Shown here: positions 51,401 through 57,417 of the stretch, one piece after another
Numbering within the stretch: position 1 is the stretch's first letter
How the letters are laid out: the number at the start of each line of letters is the position of its first letter
From: a virus
DNA length: 64,000 nucleotides
Virus record (IMG/VR): IMGVR_UViG_3300028394_000038
Reading direction: 5' to 3' (one strand)
Notes under the pieces: model-generated
Told to the model about the DNA's origin: nothing
Databases searched by the model: none
What the model saw: the letters and a program-made list of their open reading frames with translations, nothing else
Translations under genes and position numbers: made by a program

Positions 51401-51885
51401 CCTAAAACTGTAATTGGTTGTGGGCCGTTAGGTAACCAGTAGTATTCTCTATAGTTAACAAATTTATCCCAGTCTATATGAGGATTCCATGCATAATATT
51501 CTTCACTGTTAACTTTACTATGATCTAAAGTGGTTCCTGCAAAGAAATTTAATTGATTAATATAGTCATTATAATCTTTAAAAAAAGTAACATTATCTAA
51601 AGAGTCTTTAGAAACAATAGCCGGCTCAAGTTGGTATGCGGCTCTATCAACACTAACTTCTCCTAGATACTTGTCTGCCGAAGTAAATGCTGGTGTGTTT
51701 TTACGACCAATAAAAGCGTTTATTTTTCCAACAGTTCCCTCGTTGATCATTTGATCAACTGTAGCACTCAAGAACTTTTGATTTACGGAAGTTCTGTAAT
51801 ACTTGGGAAGAAAATCTAATGACGTTCTTTTATTATTGTCGCCAATAGGTAACGCTGATTCTTGTTGGTTGTTATCGAATGCCAT
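36418..51885 (-). CDS. Giant (5155 aa) baseplate wedge/structural protein
   Basis: Uninterrupted ORF after the gp6-like gene; FG-GAP-like propeller repeats, GxGY beta-sandwich modules, IPT/TIG-like domain. Confidence 0.8.
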   Translation of the reverse strand: MAFDNNQQESALPIGDNNKRTSLDFLPKYYRTSVNQKFLSATVDQMINEGTVGKINAFIGRKNTPAFTSADKYLGEVSVDRAAYQLEPAIVSKDSLDNVTFFKDYNDYINQLNFFAGTTLDHSKVNSEEYYAWNPHIDWDKFVNYREYYWLPNGPQPITVLGQSTEINSTYTVKLVDEVDNISYLFTPDGLTANPKFKLYRGQTYTFEIDCEDRPFAFKTVRTIGDADLYTNGITIRNNKNVIVPSTTHVKKGSIEFTVPLDAPNILYYVSETDINTSGYFTIFNITDSTHIEIDSEIIGKKYYTTGSGTTLSNGMKLSFSGQVTPSIYATGNWYVEGVGVAIRLVAEKDLETPSAYTSDLEIEFDNENFDTQGFDVNNNFPASKDYIVINRSSADRNPWSRHNRWFHRNLIEASASANNQPLILDQNARAKRPIIEFNSNVQLWNFGRIAKKNVTLVDTFTEDVFSTIEGSYGYNIDKVNLVEGMRVLFTADTDIRVSGRIFTVSFITHLGQRRITLLPTDDTDPQAGETVLVTEGSSYRGTMFHYMDGTWMQSQDKTTINQSPLFEVVDPTGTSYGNTTKYPGTTFKGTKIFSYQTGTTYDTELGFDITYRNIGNFGDIVFNFNLHTDKHTYQSSTNLVEPIDIELGYLRINNTLTSYDHANGWTIANTKTKQFVVRQYVIDQVRNMFLIDVYADSGLLTDLTVKVYLNGHRKYDTDYTITVINKKAYVEFFKDLSVDDVLIVKTNSSAPKINGYFEFPSNLEHNPQNLNLDTFTLGEINNHVSSIADNIDKFIGTIPGSASLRDLGNITPLGTKIVQHSAPLLPIAYHITNKNYNVINALKTARLDYAKFKRNVLRKATDYGYDGVTRIHLDLILKEVVKDFTKDSPYYLSDMIPAGPNFIFEQEIIDNSITEYPLTFDFNLTTVSERAVLVYVNDELLVYGKDYEFIDVNFVKILSTIASGDNLKIVQYGKTDGCFLPPTPTKYGLYPKFEPQIFIDTTYQNPTKVIQGHDGSITIAFNDFRDDLLLEFERRIYNNIKIAYDTKLFDIYDFVPGYNRTTDLTFDDINNIMAGDFLHWSNLIADDYTKHSFFVRSNPKTYNYREFRSSTGTELPGFWRGIFKLVYDTDRPHTHPWEMLGLSIKPTWWETTYGPAPYTSNNLILWNDLAAGIIRNPSTNFVKNTKFVRPQLLSMLPVNEDGELLAPSNIGIIDGYTSSLIEGEFRFGDQAPVESAWRRSAEYPFSLITALTILRPAQVFSSCFDRVRQYRDDTNQLVYKVTNGNLRFNVTNLITPSTADSTSRVYTAGLINYITDYIIGRQSLSEIPVYKNELTNLIVRLSSKLGGFTTKEKFKLILDSRNPLNTGNVFIPEENYNIILNTSSPVSSVDYSAVIIEKATTGFIIRGYNKFLPAFKYFKPLIINNDAEINVGGVSASFTTWIANQYYTKDKIVFFNNQYYRATVSHQASSVFEIKYFAKLPSLPLTGGRQIVIRTKFNDTVSTLHYGAELRTIQEVVDFLLGYGAYLKSIGMLFENFNSTIRTITDFQTSAKEFAFWTTQNWSLGAVISVSPCAEEVKFNQKYSVVDNIYDNFYEYSILKQDGAALSSLYTGNTREGNLFTLSPKNTADGIYHATLNLVQKEHVLILDNTTIFNDVIYDQIQGYRQERIKVVGYRTTNWNGDFDIPGFIYDRAIVKFWKVWTDYKLGDTVKYKEFYYSAKANVPGSETFDYSEWNKLEARPEPKLIPNWDYRANQFPDFYDLDTDSFDLNQQKFAQHLIGYQKRQYLENIINDDVSQYKFYQGFITEKGTENSFAKLFDALSTSTKESLEFYEEWAIRVGQYGANAGFDEVEFRLDEVKFLINPQPVELVKSIDNSLLDFVYRILPDQVYLKSKTYSHSPFETHQLSNYYVSTAGYVNAEDVEYKLNTIEEIFSVNINKLNDGYYFWIASDKNTWNVYRFTLFENLVRKVSIIQNTIRITLNRVVDTDINVDSYIGINNSIATLEGFYKVTAVGVDYIEFDKPKILNTADTVGLTLNLYKFVSVRVPSIEIINNLGIASKKNGDLVWVDGVDNQWTVWKYQNEYNLTTVSNNKTKFGINVSVNEASTVMIVSIENSMLYYTRPTAKSNWAYREELSPVTTQDANNPNPTILLTNNSFASSTSVRSDGAFLAAGAPAANAAPLVVGTTTSNGNRLVLSAGTTANFIINGPIVFSNTTLGTIVAGKTYYVSQIIDPIRFTISETQGGPTFVLENRSGAMPVYANHGYVVLYTRNANGYYVFSNLVTAPTKTNNQFFGQKVAVVGDKLFVASKGSATVAPSLTVYYISKLVANALDPAFVSSSATVGAPVVFTLGHDLLDMSVAANGNVILSFSNNLSRGNDTIRIWNYSNNYEFNKDVQTIESPLPAKSSFGSTIAVSKDGGKLAIGSPTYSNVHLNEGAVSVYYNIPSAFTAWTVTLPGVTTSSTTKITIEPGTKTFTVRKSGTGLLLNAVATFGTLRANPGIANAGSKYAVDDIVYISGGDGKATYKVTQVNPTTGAVVAGELLTRGTNYNSNPVSVTIPKPLNILELQRVTITHDLSNYMVGVVTSYDDATATLVVNVKEAYTPGEYVLKEQLSNPYNRGSEYFGSTVKFNTVGDQLAITSAGGRQLAHTKFDNNKTVFDLDATTFLETELGSGSVMLYDHYENKFIFSDSLDVGVAVGSNYGSAIAMSDRVYISDYNTLTGAIHEFYSENKSWYKFRTPGQLVNIDKIKSVFLYDIEDSSIVTYLDIVDPLQGKILSIAEDELKFKTYYDPATYSVGDDTVVVDPLMYWKEKHVGHLWWDLSSAKFIDPNQGPVLYKANSWNTLFENQLVNVYEWVESEYTPAEWDKLADTEAGLTLGISGVSKYKSTSYSVSKTFDTISKTFKNIYYFWVKNKVTVPDVDGRTVSARDVANYISNPKNMGVSYISFHGANQFSLVNCKDLIASRKVALNVRYWIIDNFEQSNIHSHYQLLSTSDIDKPINKYVEQKWIDSLSGFDSLGNEVPDSKLPVKLKYGIQSRPRQSMFVNRIEALKQFVERVNSVIATQSIIDDVDLTSLNSKDELPSLGSGKYDYEISSYSQIRFVGTNEIVRAVLSPVIENGKLVRVVIVTSGKGYINPPLVTINGIGTGAKITTVLGSKGQIISATVDKPGIGYLESTTLSVRTLSVLVTKDETANNRWSLYTWNSLKKTWFRERTQTYDTTRYWKYIDWYSAGYSEFTKLDHIVDFAYQLPSANIEIGEIVKVNNQGIGGWVLLEKVDNQNVLETTVNYKTVGRQSGTIKFTDSLYRFAENAEGFDGPTFDSFVFDDQPKTELTIILDTIKNIIFVDNLAKEYKELFFASLRYAFSEQKSIDWAFKTSFVRSKHNLGPLKQKPTYQNDNLPSYQEYINEAKPYRSKIREFVSTYEIFEPTGSQISDFDLPPKYDQTTNSVIPFQTSISDGILTYSSNDIKQYPYSDWLYSAGFNLTEIRIVDGGSGYITAPVVTIEPAPSTITAKAYLSSGRVSTIVINDPFGENFLVTPIIKINGSINDGGTPARAVAILSNSLVRSTKIGIKFDRVSPEYTFGSIVAKETFIASGSKTRFELAWPVDVIKTRTTVSDNNGEILGADYIVFNELDPSYSYDRYKGILQFNSAPANLSKVVIEYHKNINLLDAADRINYFYNPAAGQLGRDLGQLMQGVDYGGVEITGIGFDVGSGYDALPWFTTGYDQFDPDFTDFLIKSDGIARSFTLNYAPTEIEYINVYWTGNRSYITATPLGTGNVDSSSLSVTNANGIKKGQSVSGIGIQSNTTVSDIVGAKITLTKALVQAASGVYSFRTTETFNRRLDDPNYIVVKPLLDRLVAVKNEKLTIATNLATAQEDKDFNIALLADLTSQLQLLFDARTAAEAILLQAQIALDNAIVLGDPQIISHAQEVRDAKQSIYDNLNSDYVVTEQDAVTAQYARDNAIALIANGSSLIAAYDITSNIASVQIFDIFGRLILPSGVRLVGQSIRITGTLSHGSIQGYVSGTTYYIGEVINNTSVRLTSTYAKALATGNDRFDIVTTAGVITPGATVTINGKINTVQHEIENFPSIVNQDAIMNSFIGDGVSTGPIVIPNHATFTATFAADIQAGDSIILRKNTSDGSFKPSDIQYDTQIFGGDFAYVSATGLAAEDINVDGDGFVTPTSSHAPEEVVTGQVVDTVDITVYHKIGDGAPIINTVQYLTADDNIFDIGQRPGTSTSVIVKVDGNIIKQNVNYTVNFASQQIELTTSYAPGLEVVITSISQNGLNILDLDYFTADGTTTEFVSTARWTTETTAFVTVDGEATAVTTFKTDSQYTLVGTIGIRFEVAPPAGAIINYTILGSAVDSISKVQKQTIVHNGIDTIYELTRNPEFAKPLANNVLVVTNGSILRPADTFYFIVAGTSRTYTVDSSKYAFNTVDSSTVIVAVNGVNIVQGVDYFWIPVNNQLKVKKGVAKTGDKISLSIVANSDYNIISTDNNLSIEVIGTYAPNTVITVITFSNHDILEIEREHDKTTSASALVPGATEYYRYNQLAGGRIKLRRPAIGSQYVWITLNRKLLTPNVDYALESNMNYISFTPTRVFLETDIVDIIAFSNKITKSSFGYKIFKDMLNKNSYSRIDDASSTTLSKTLNYYDNVIELVDGSVLPEPSARLNKPGVIFIDGERIEYLRKDGNIIRQLKRGTLGTGIKDIHAEGTLVRDQSIIQSVPYKDEFISSVTVSDGYTNGASIYTNSPGLTVTSIVFPGEDQTADLSGSQTVTVTGTGFKINVKVFVGDVDCVVNRISDTKLTFVTPAKSVGAYDLIIYNPPITSLPRFTTTTLTGTVTGTSLTTTITGLSNANSTLRVGMVLSKISGIGAIGGLTVITEVNSDTQITIKSTTANTYGAIEFTGTEDVKTITVPGIVSTAGLVSTVTLTGSYVKNGITIPNATSGLKVGQIVSKVSGIGNFGTLAIITSIDSLTTFTVTATTANTAGELIFNINNQTPTSRVIAKAIKYLKIQLDFKLTVPVVDNTWYRKTIPSAFNQCNDVEVFVAGRRLRKTTYTIWNPNLGPDSPSGDVQYEAEFSVTSATNQQPMQIRLTEVPEAGQYIVVQKRIGQAWTTNGVSLADSGSDPAKFIRATYALLPDKNKV

Positions 51886-51899
51886 GAAATATTCCTTCT

Positions 51900-54800
51900 T
51901 TACGCACTTGTGATGTCATTGTTGTTTAACGGGATTGATGTTAGTACTGTGCCGCTTGAATTGATCCTTGCCGCGGTAATTTCTGAAATAATTTCAATAT
52001 CGTCAACAGTAGCTGAACTAATTAATAGTTCGTCAGCATTTGATGTTATTTCAAATAAACTACCAAATGCCAAGTTCTGCTGTTTTGGTACTATTACTAT
52101 GTTTACTAGATTAGGACTTAGCTTGCGAATAATGTACGCCGACAGTTCTCCAAAGTAGAATGTGTCGCCAAACTCCCAATTTTCTAAAGCAAAAAATTCA
52201 TTAATTGCAGTAATGACTCCTGATTTAATATCGTTATCACTTATAACTACATTAGAATTTTTTACTACTTTAAATGTGCCTTGAAGACTAGAGGCGGCAT
52301 GCTTACCAAATAATGGTTTGTATTTTGCAGGATGATAAACTATTTCATCACTTATTGATTTTACCTTGTTTATGTCCATACTAAAATTAGTATATAATGC
52401 GTCACTACTTGGTGGTAATGGTTTAGTTGTTACATCTCCTGCAAGCCAGCGACGATATAAAACATCATATGTTTTAGTTAACATAAAAATATCTATTATA
52501 TTTGTAGCGGCTGGGTCTAATCTTGCTGAGTTATCTGCGGCATGTATATAATGGAATTTTAAACTATCTCTGCCTGAGAAACCTCTGTACTCATTAGTGA
52601 TTGTAAAATTAGTTGATGATTTATTAAATGACTTAACTAAATTTTCTTTGATAATGTATATTAATTGTCCGTCGTCTAATGTTAACGGAACTGCTTCTTG
52701 GCTTAGATATACTTTAATTAAATCGTTAGTATTTTCAATGTAATAGAAATCAGTTGAACCGTCCAGTGCTACTTGACGCTTTTGAAAAATAAATTTAGAC
52801 GTAATATTTGTTGAAGGACTAACAATGTTTTTAAATAATTCTGGATCGTCAACTATACCGTCCTCGTTACTGTCAAAAAAGCTAATAGAAATCTTTTTAG
52901 TATCTATGTAACCGTCACTGCCTAAATATTCATCAATAATTTCCCAATCAAAATTTTGATTAAATGCGGCCAATAAATCGGGGCGTGTATTGATACTCAT
53001 TACTGAGATTTTATCTCTAATTACTTTTCCGTTAGTTGGATCGTAAACTTTAGAAGTGCTATCAAAGAAAAATCTCATTTCTTTAGCACTTTCAAATACA
53101 TATCTTAAGCCGCGATAAGTTGCAAGGTAAGACGTACCATCAGTTTCAAATAAAATTATCCAACTTGCATCTAACTGTTGATTACTAGAGTCGCCAGTTT
53201 TTCCTAAGCTGAATGCAGATTTTTTATCAATATTAGATTCTGTAATAATTTTCCATACAGTATCTGCACTATCATATCTTAAAGCAAAATTCTTATTAGC
53301 GGCAATTAGATCAATAATTTTGTTCTTAACACTATCTTCAAGTGACGTAACAAATTTAGGTACCGCAGTATCGCATACTGCGCCCGATGGAACAATTTCG
53401 TTTAATGTTACTGGTCCTAATCCATTTGCCAGTATGCCGCTATTTTTTGCTGTACCGTCTCCGACTATTTGTACAACTTTTGTCCAAATTCCTGTTTTAG
53501 CAGATACTGGTGCCCCTGCTTCGTCAATGAGTTTGTTATCTGCACTGAATAGTTTCCCAGGGGGTGGCGTAAATTTTAACATTGCTCCTGGAATTATATA
53601 TCGTAAATTTGAAAATGTTGCAGATCCTAATTTTTTAATTGCATTAACCTGGGTGTTATCATTAATATAACCCGTTGATATATTTGTGCCGGAAGTAACT
53701 TGTGTAAAAGAAGAAAAGGCAACCCCCAACGATATAAATGCATAGCTGTCTAAATAATAATCTTTAATTGTACGACTAGCAAGCACAGGTTCGATTTGAT
53801 TTAATACTGCATTTTCAATATCAGTTCTAGTGTTATAGGAAAATTTAAAACTTCCAGTAATGGGTTCTTTATACAGTATTCCGTCGGTTCCAAACAAATT
53901 AGTATTGCTGTATTTTCCGGTGGTATCTTTTAAGTCAAAATATCTACTAATACCTGAGCTGACTCGGTTAACTGATTTTACTTTAATTATTTCTTGGTTA
54001 ACACTTAACGGAAATACATTATAGTCTTCTCCGGTTATCATTCTATTTTGTGTATAGTACGTTGCTGGAGCATTAGTTTTAATGCTGTTATTTGTTTCAC
54101 TAGCTGATGCATTTTGAACAGTATAGTTTAATCCGGCTGTGATAGTTAGTGTTTCTTGCTTTCCAGATTTATTACTAATATACGAAATATTAAATGATAC
54201 ATTTTTAATGTTAGACGGACTGATTGCATATTCGTATCCGTTACTTACTCGATAATAAACTCTAAAATTACCTTGAGGTAAATCACCAAATGTGCCGTCT
54301 GCAAAGTTCAAACGAACTCGATCTCCGGTTCGTGTGATTACTGAAAATATTTTTCTAATACTCTTAGAAAGAGAATTGTATATAATGTTGTTGCCTTCAA
54401 CTGCATCAACTTTTGTCCACTCTTGTGATAATAGTCCTGCACTGTCTAAACTGTATAACCAGATATCTGAATTGTTGATGTTAGAACTATCCAAGTCCAC
54501 TGTTTCGTTAGTACTTGGACGTAGAATAGAAAATGTTCCTTGATTTAAACTACCTTGACGGAAGTGTACAAAGAAACCAGTATTGGTACTTGGAGATCCA
54601 CCGCCATCGTCACGATATAAAAATGCCAAGTTAGTTCCAGGCATTGGTGGCTCTTCATAGATGTTTAAGGAATTTTTAATTGCACAAGATACTATTTCAA
54701 AATTCATGTTTCTACCGTCAATGTTTTTGGTAAATCCATAAATTGGAGCATCTGTGTTGGTTGCGTTAAATCGATATTGTTGTGTTCTAATTCCAGCAAC

Positions 54801-55334
54801 TGTTCCTGAATCTTGGGGCCTTCCAAACTGCCCAGTTGACGGCAAGGCGGCGTTTAATACTTTAATAAATTGTTCGTGCCAATTGGTGTTTGCACTATCA
54901 TTCCATACAATAGTTTGATTAGCAAGGCTTCGACCGTTACTGTCTATAATAGCTTCACTAGTTCTTACTGAACTAAATTTTAACAATCCGTTAGCACATT
55001 GGTTTCTTTTAGGGTTGTAGCTGAGCAGACGTGCTAAACGTAGTACACTTTCACGACGATCAGCAAGTTCTAAAAAGTTTTCACGGGCATTTAGATCAAA
55101 ACGGAAGGCTAAGTTTTGTCCAAGAAAGGCAATTAAATCAATTAAGGCTAGATATTCGCTAGATTCAATATAGTCGTTGAAATCTTCTGGATAGTTTTCA
55201 CGAAGATACGTGATCATTGTTCGACGTAGATTGTCGAAATCATAGCTTTTAAAATCAGCATTTTTAAAGCTCTGATATACCTTTTTCCAGTCCTCTGCCG
55301 CAATCAATTTGTTTTGTCTATCTATACTTGACAT
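51900..55334 (-). CDS. Baseplate wedge protein (T4 gp6-like)
   Basis: DFDNLR..MI.YL, DFNDY.ESS, ENFL..A.RRESV..LA..L.Y.P, QNRMITGEDY. Confidence 0.85.
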   Translation of the reverse strand: MSSIDRQNKLIAAEDWKKVYQSFKNADFKSYDFDNLRRTMITYLRENYPEDFNDYIESSEYLALIDLIAFLGQNLAFRFDLNARENFLELADRRESVLRLARLLSYNPKRNQCANGLLKFSSVRTSEAIIDSNGRSLANQTIVWNDSANTNWHEQFIKVLNAALPSTGQFGRPQDSGTVAGIRTQQYRFNATNTDAPIYGFTKNIDGRNMNFEIVSCAIKNSLNIYEEPPMPGTNLAFLYRDDGGGSPSTNTGFFVHFRQGSLNQGTFSILRPSTNETVDLDSSNINNSDIWLYSLDSAGLLSQEWTKVDAVEGNNIIYNSLSKSIRKIFSVITRTGDRVRLNFADGTFGDLPQGNFRVYYRVSNGYEYAISPSNIKNVSFNISYISNKSGKQETLTITAGLNYTVQNASASETNNSIKTNAPATYYTQNRMITGEDYNVFPLSVNQEIIKVKSVNRVSSGISRYFDLKDTTGKYSNTNLFGTDGILYKEPITGSFKFSYNTRTDIENAVLNQIEPVLASRTIKDYYLDSYAFISLGVAFSSFTQVTSGTNISTGYINDNTQVNAIKKLGSATFSNLRYIIPGAMLKFTPPPGKLFSADNKLIDEAGAPVSAKTGIWTKVVQIVGDGTAKNSGILANGLGPVTLNEIVPSGAVCDTAVPKFVTSLEDSVKNKIIDLIAANKNFALRYDSADTVWKIITESNIDKKSAFSLGKTGDSSNQQLDASWIILFETDGTSYLATYRGLRYVFESAKEMRFFFDSTSKVYDPTNGKVIRDKISVMSINTRPDLLAAFNQNFDWEIIDEYLGSDGYIDTKKISISFFDSNEDGIVDDPELFKNIVSPSTNITSKFIFQKRQVALDGSTDFYYIENTNDLIKVYLSQEAVPLTLDDGQLIYIIKENLVKSFNKSSTNFTITNEYRGFSGRDSLKFHYIHAADNSARLDPAATNIIDIFMLTKTYDVLYRRWLAGDVTTKPLPPSSDALYTNFSMDINKVKSISDEIVYHPAKYKPLFGKHAASSLQGTFKVVKNSNVVISDNDIKSGVITAINEFFALENWEFGDTFYFGELSAYIIRKLSPNLVNIVIVPKQQNLAFGSLFEITSNADELLISSATVDDIEIISEITAARINSSGTVLTSIPLNNNDITSA

Positions 55335-55353
55335 ACTCAGTCCTCATTATAGA

Positions 55354-55360
55354 TATTTAT
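55354..55360 (-). promoter_or_regulatory. Putative late promoter ATAAATA
   Basis: GATAAATA upstream of GAGG and start 55334. Confidence 0.6.
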
Positions 55361-55384
55361 CGTATAGATAAAGTGGGCAGTTTA

Positions 55385-55828
55385 TTAACCGAGTAGACTG
55401 TTGTCTTTGTCAAACTTAAATCGTAGATTTTCTGATATATTGTATATCAAATATGTTAGCTCACACTCTATTTGTATGCCACTTTCGTATTCGCTTACTA
55501 TGACATTTTGAACTCGGACCCTGGGGTCGTAGTTGATAATAGCAGACACATTTTGTACTATTAGATTTTTGACTTCGTTAGTTAACGGGTCAAACAATAG
55601 ATCCCAAATAATAGTTCCAAAATTTGGATTCTCTAGGCGCTCTCCATAGCGAATATGAAAGTGATTGATAATATCCTGCTTGATTAGTGCTAGATCATAT
55701 AGAGCAAAGTTGCCAGTTGGATTGCCCACTGTGCTAAGTCCCCTGTAGGTTTTACTCAACGGAGGTGCTGTGGTCTTCCTAACTTCAGGAACAACTGTTC
55801 TAGTGTATAGTGATTTTTCTATGCTCAT
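55385..55828 (-). CDS. Baseplate wedge protein gp25-like
   Basis: D..LIKQDI.N......GER..NP.FG..I..LLFDP...DPRV. Confidence 0.9.
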   Translation of the reverse strand: MSIEKSLYTRTVVPEVRKTTAPPLSKTYRGLSTVGNPTGNFALYDLALIKQDIINHFHIRYGERLENPNFGTIIWDLLFDPLTNEVKNLIVQNVSAIINYDPRVRVQNVIVSEYESGIQIECELTYLIYNISENLRFKFDKDNSLLG

Positions 55829-55833
55829 AGTAG

Positions 55834-55840
55834 TATTTAT
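55834..55840 (-). promoter_or_regulatory. Putative late promoter ATAAATA
   Basis: 5 nt before the gp25 ATG; contains the gp5 stop codon. Confidence 0.65.
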
Positions 55841-57414
55841 TTGCTAATTTTTCTAAATGTATCTGTTGAAGTGGTATACTTCAACGGGTCTTGTCCGTGT
55901 AGATTTTCATGGCCGTCCCACGGTTCGTGCATGGGTGTTCTTGCTACTACAATGGCCAATGCATCTGGTTGTACTGCATCTGTTATGCTGGCAGCGGTTG
56001 CGGCTTCGGCTAATGGCCCGTTTAAGTTAATTTTAGCGCCACTGGTAAGGTTGATATTTGCTCCGCCGTTGATTGAAGTGGTTTTTCCGGATGTAAATTT
56101 ATTTCCGCCGGCGGATAGTAAGGCAATATCTGCTCCTGATGTTACTTTTACATTAGAACCAGTTTGTAAATTAAATGCTTGGCCAATAGCTTCACTAGTT
56201 GATCCAGTAACGCTAGTATTCCTATTAGCGCCAATGCTTTCATTCTTTGTACCTACAACAGATATTTTTTGATCTGCTCCAACTATCAAACTATGTATAG
56301 AACCCACTTCAACATTATGTTTTGCGCCTGATCGAATATTAACATTCCTGCCAGCGTCCATGTTAATATCTTGATCTGCCTTGATGTTTATATCTTTTTC
56401 TGTATGAATACTAACGCTGTCTTGTGCATAGATATCTATTTTTCCCATACTGGTTAATTCTATCCACGTAGTACCTGCGGCATTGCCAATATAAATTAAA
56501 TCTTCACTGTTATGCAATAAAATTTGATGTCCTGTGCGAGTACGAATACGCACAAGCTCATTATGAGGAATATCGGGCTGACCGCCTGTTTCGCCGTTTT
56601 CTACACTGACATACTCGGGTGGGCCTTCGCTTGCAGGAGTCTTACGAATAAAACTTTCGTCTCCGTCATCCATAACAAATGTTGTACCGCCAAGACGACT
56701 GACAAATGCACTTTGAATTCTACTTTCTTTTTTACCTATTGCGCCTGTTGGTGCATTGGGTTTTCTATCAACTGGTCCTGGCGTACTAATTCCAAACACA
56801 GTACTTGGTAATTCTCGTCTTGCACTACTAGATGTAATTCCTCTAGTGTCGTCTTTGTTTAGGCCCTGTGTTGTTAATATTTTATGAAACGGATGTATTG
56901 GTTTAGGTAACTGTGTAATATCAGGTTGCGAAAGAGCTTTGTTTGCTTTCTTATTATATTCTGCTACTACTTTTCTTTCATCACTACCTGCTTCAGTTGT
57001 AGTTGATGTTGCCGCCATTCCAGGCACCATAAAGTTTACATATTCGTCAGGAGCGCAACCAATCCAATATCCTTTTGCCGCATTACCGTAGGCAAACATA
57101 ACCATTACAATAGTTCCTACATCAGGAGGAACCATCCACATACCATAGGCTTTTTGTGTGCTGTCGTAGTCGTTAGGTTCTTCATTTGTAAAAGTGATAC
57201 TAGTTTGCCCTGCAAACGGACTTAGGTATCTAACTGTAATAACTGATCCAGTAATACCGGGCTCTTCTCTGCCAACGTCATTGATTAATTCAACTTGCAA
57301 CGATCCCATATATTTTGCGTCAATGTGACTGATTACTCGAGCCATGTAAGGACCCGGGTAGTCAAAGTACCGTTCTTCTGATCTTGAATCTTCTGGAAGT
57401 GTGTCGTTTATCAT
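55837..57414 (-). CDS. Baseplate central spike (gp5/VgrG-like)
   Basis: OB-fold D....G.L.V...PPDVG..V.V.F, RTRTGHQI, then 8-residue beta-helix repeats and INLNG. Confidence 0.85.
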   Translation of the reverse strand: MINDTLPEDSRSEERYFDYPGPYMARVISHIDAKYMGSLQVELINDVGREEPGITGSVITVRYLSPFAGQTSITFTNEEPNDYDSTQKAYGMWMVPPDVGTIVMVMFAYGNAAKGYWIGCAPDEYVNFMVPGMAATSTTTEAGSDERKVVAEYNKKANKALSQPDITQLPKPIHPFHKILTTQGLNKDDTRGITSSSARRELPSTVFGISTPGPVDRKPNAPTGAIGKKESRIQSAFVSRLGGTTFVMDDGDESFIRKTPASEGPPEYVSVENGETGGQPDIPHNELVRIRTRTGHQILLHNSEDLIYIGNAAGTTWIELTSMGKIDIYAQDSVSIHTEKDINIKADQDINMDAGRNVNIRSGAKHNVEVGSIHSLIVGADQKISVVGTKNESIGANRNTSVTGSTSEAIGQAFNLQTGSNVKVTSGADIALLSAGGNKFTSGKTTSINGGANINLTSGAKINLNGPLAEAATAASITDAVQPDALAIVVARTPMHEPWDGHENLHGQDPLKYTTSTDTFRKISK

Positions 57415-57417
57415 AAA

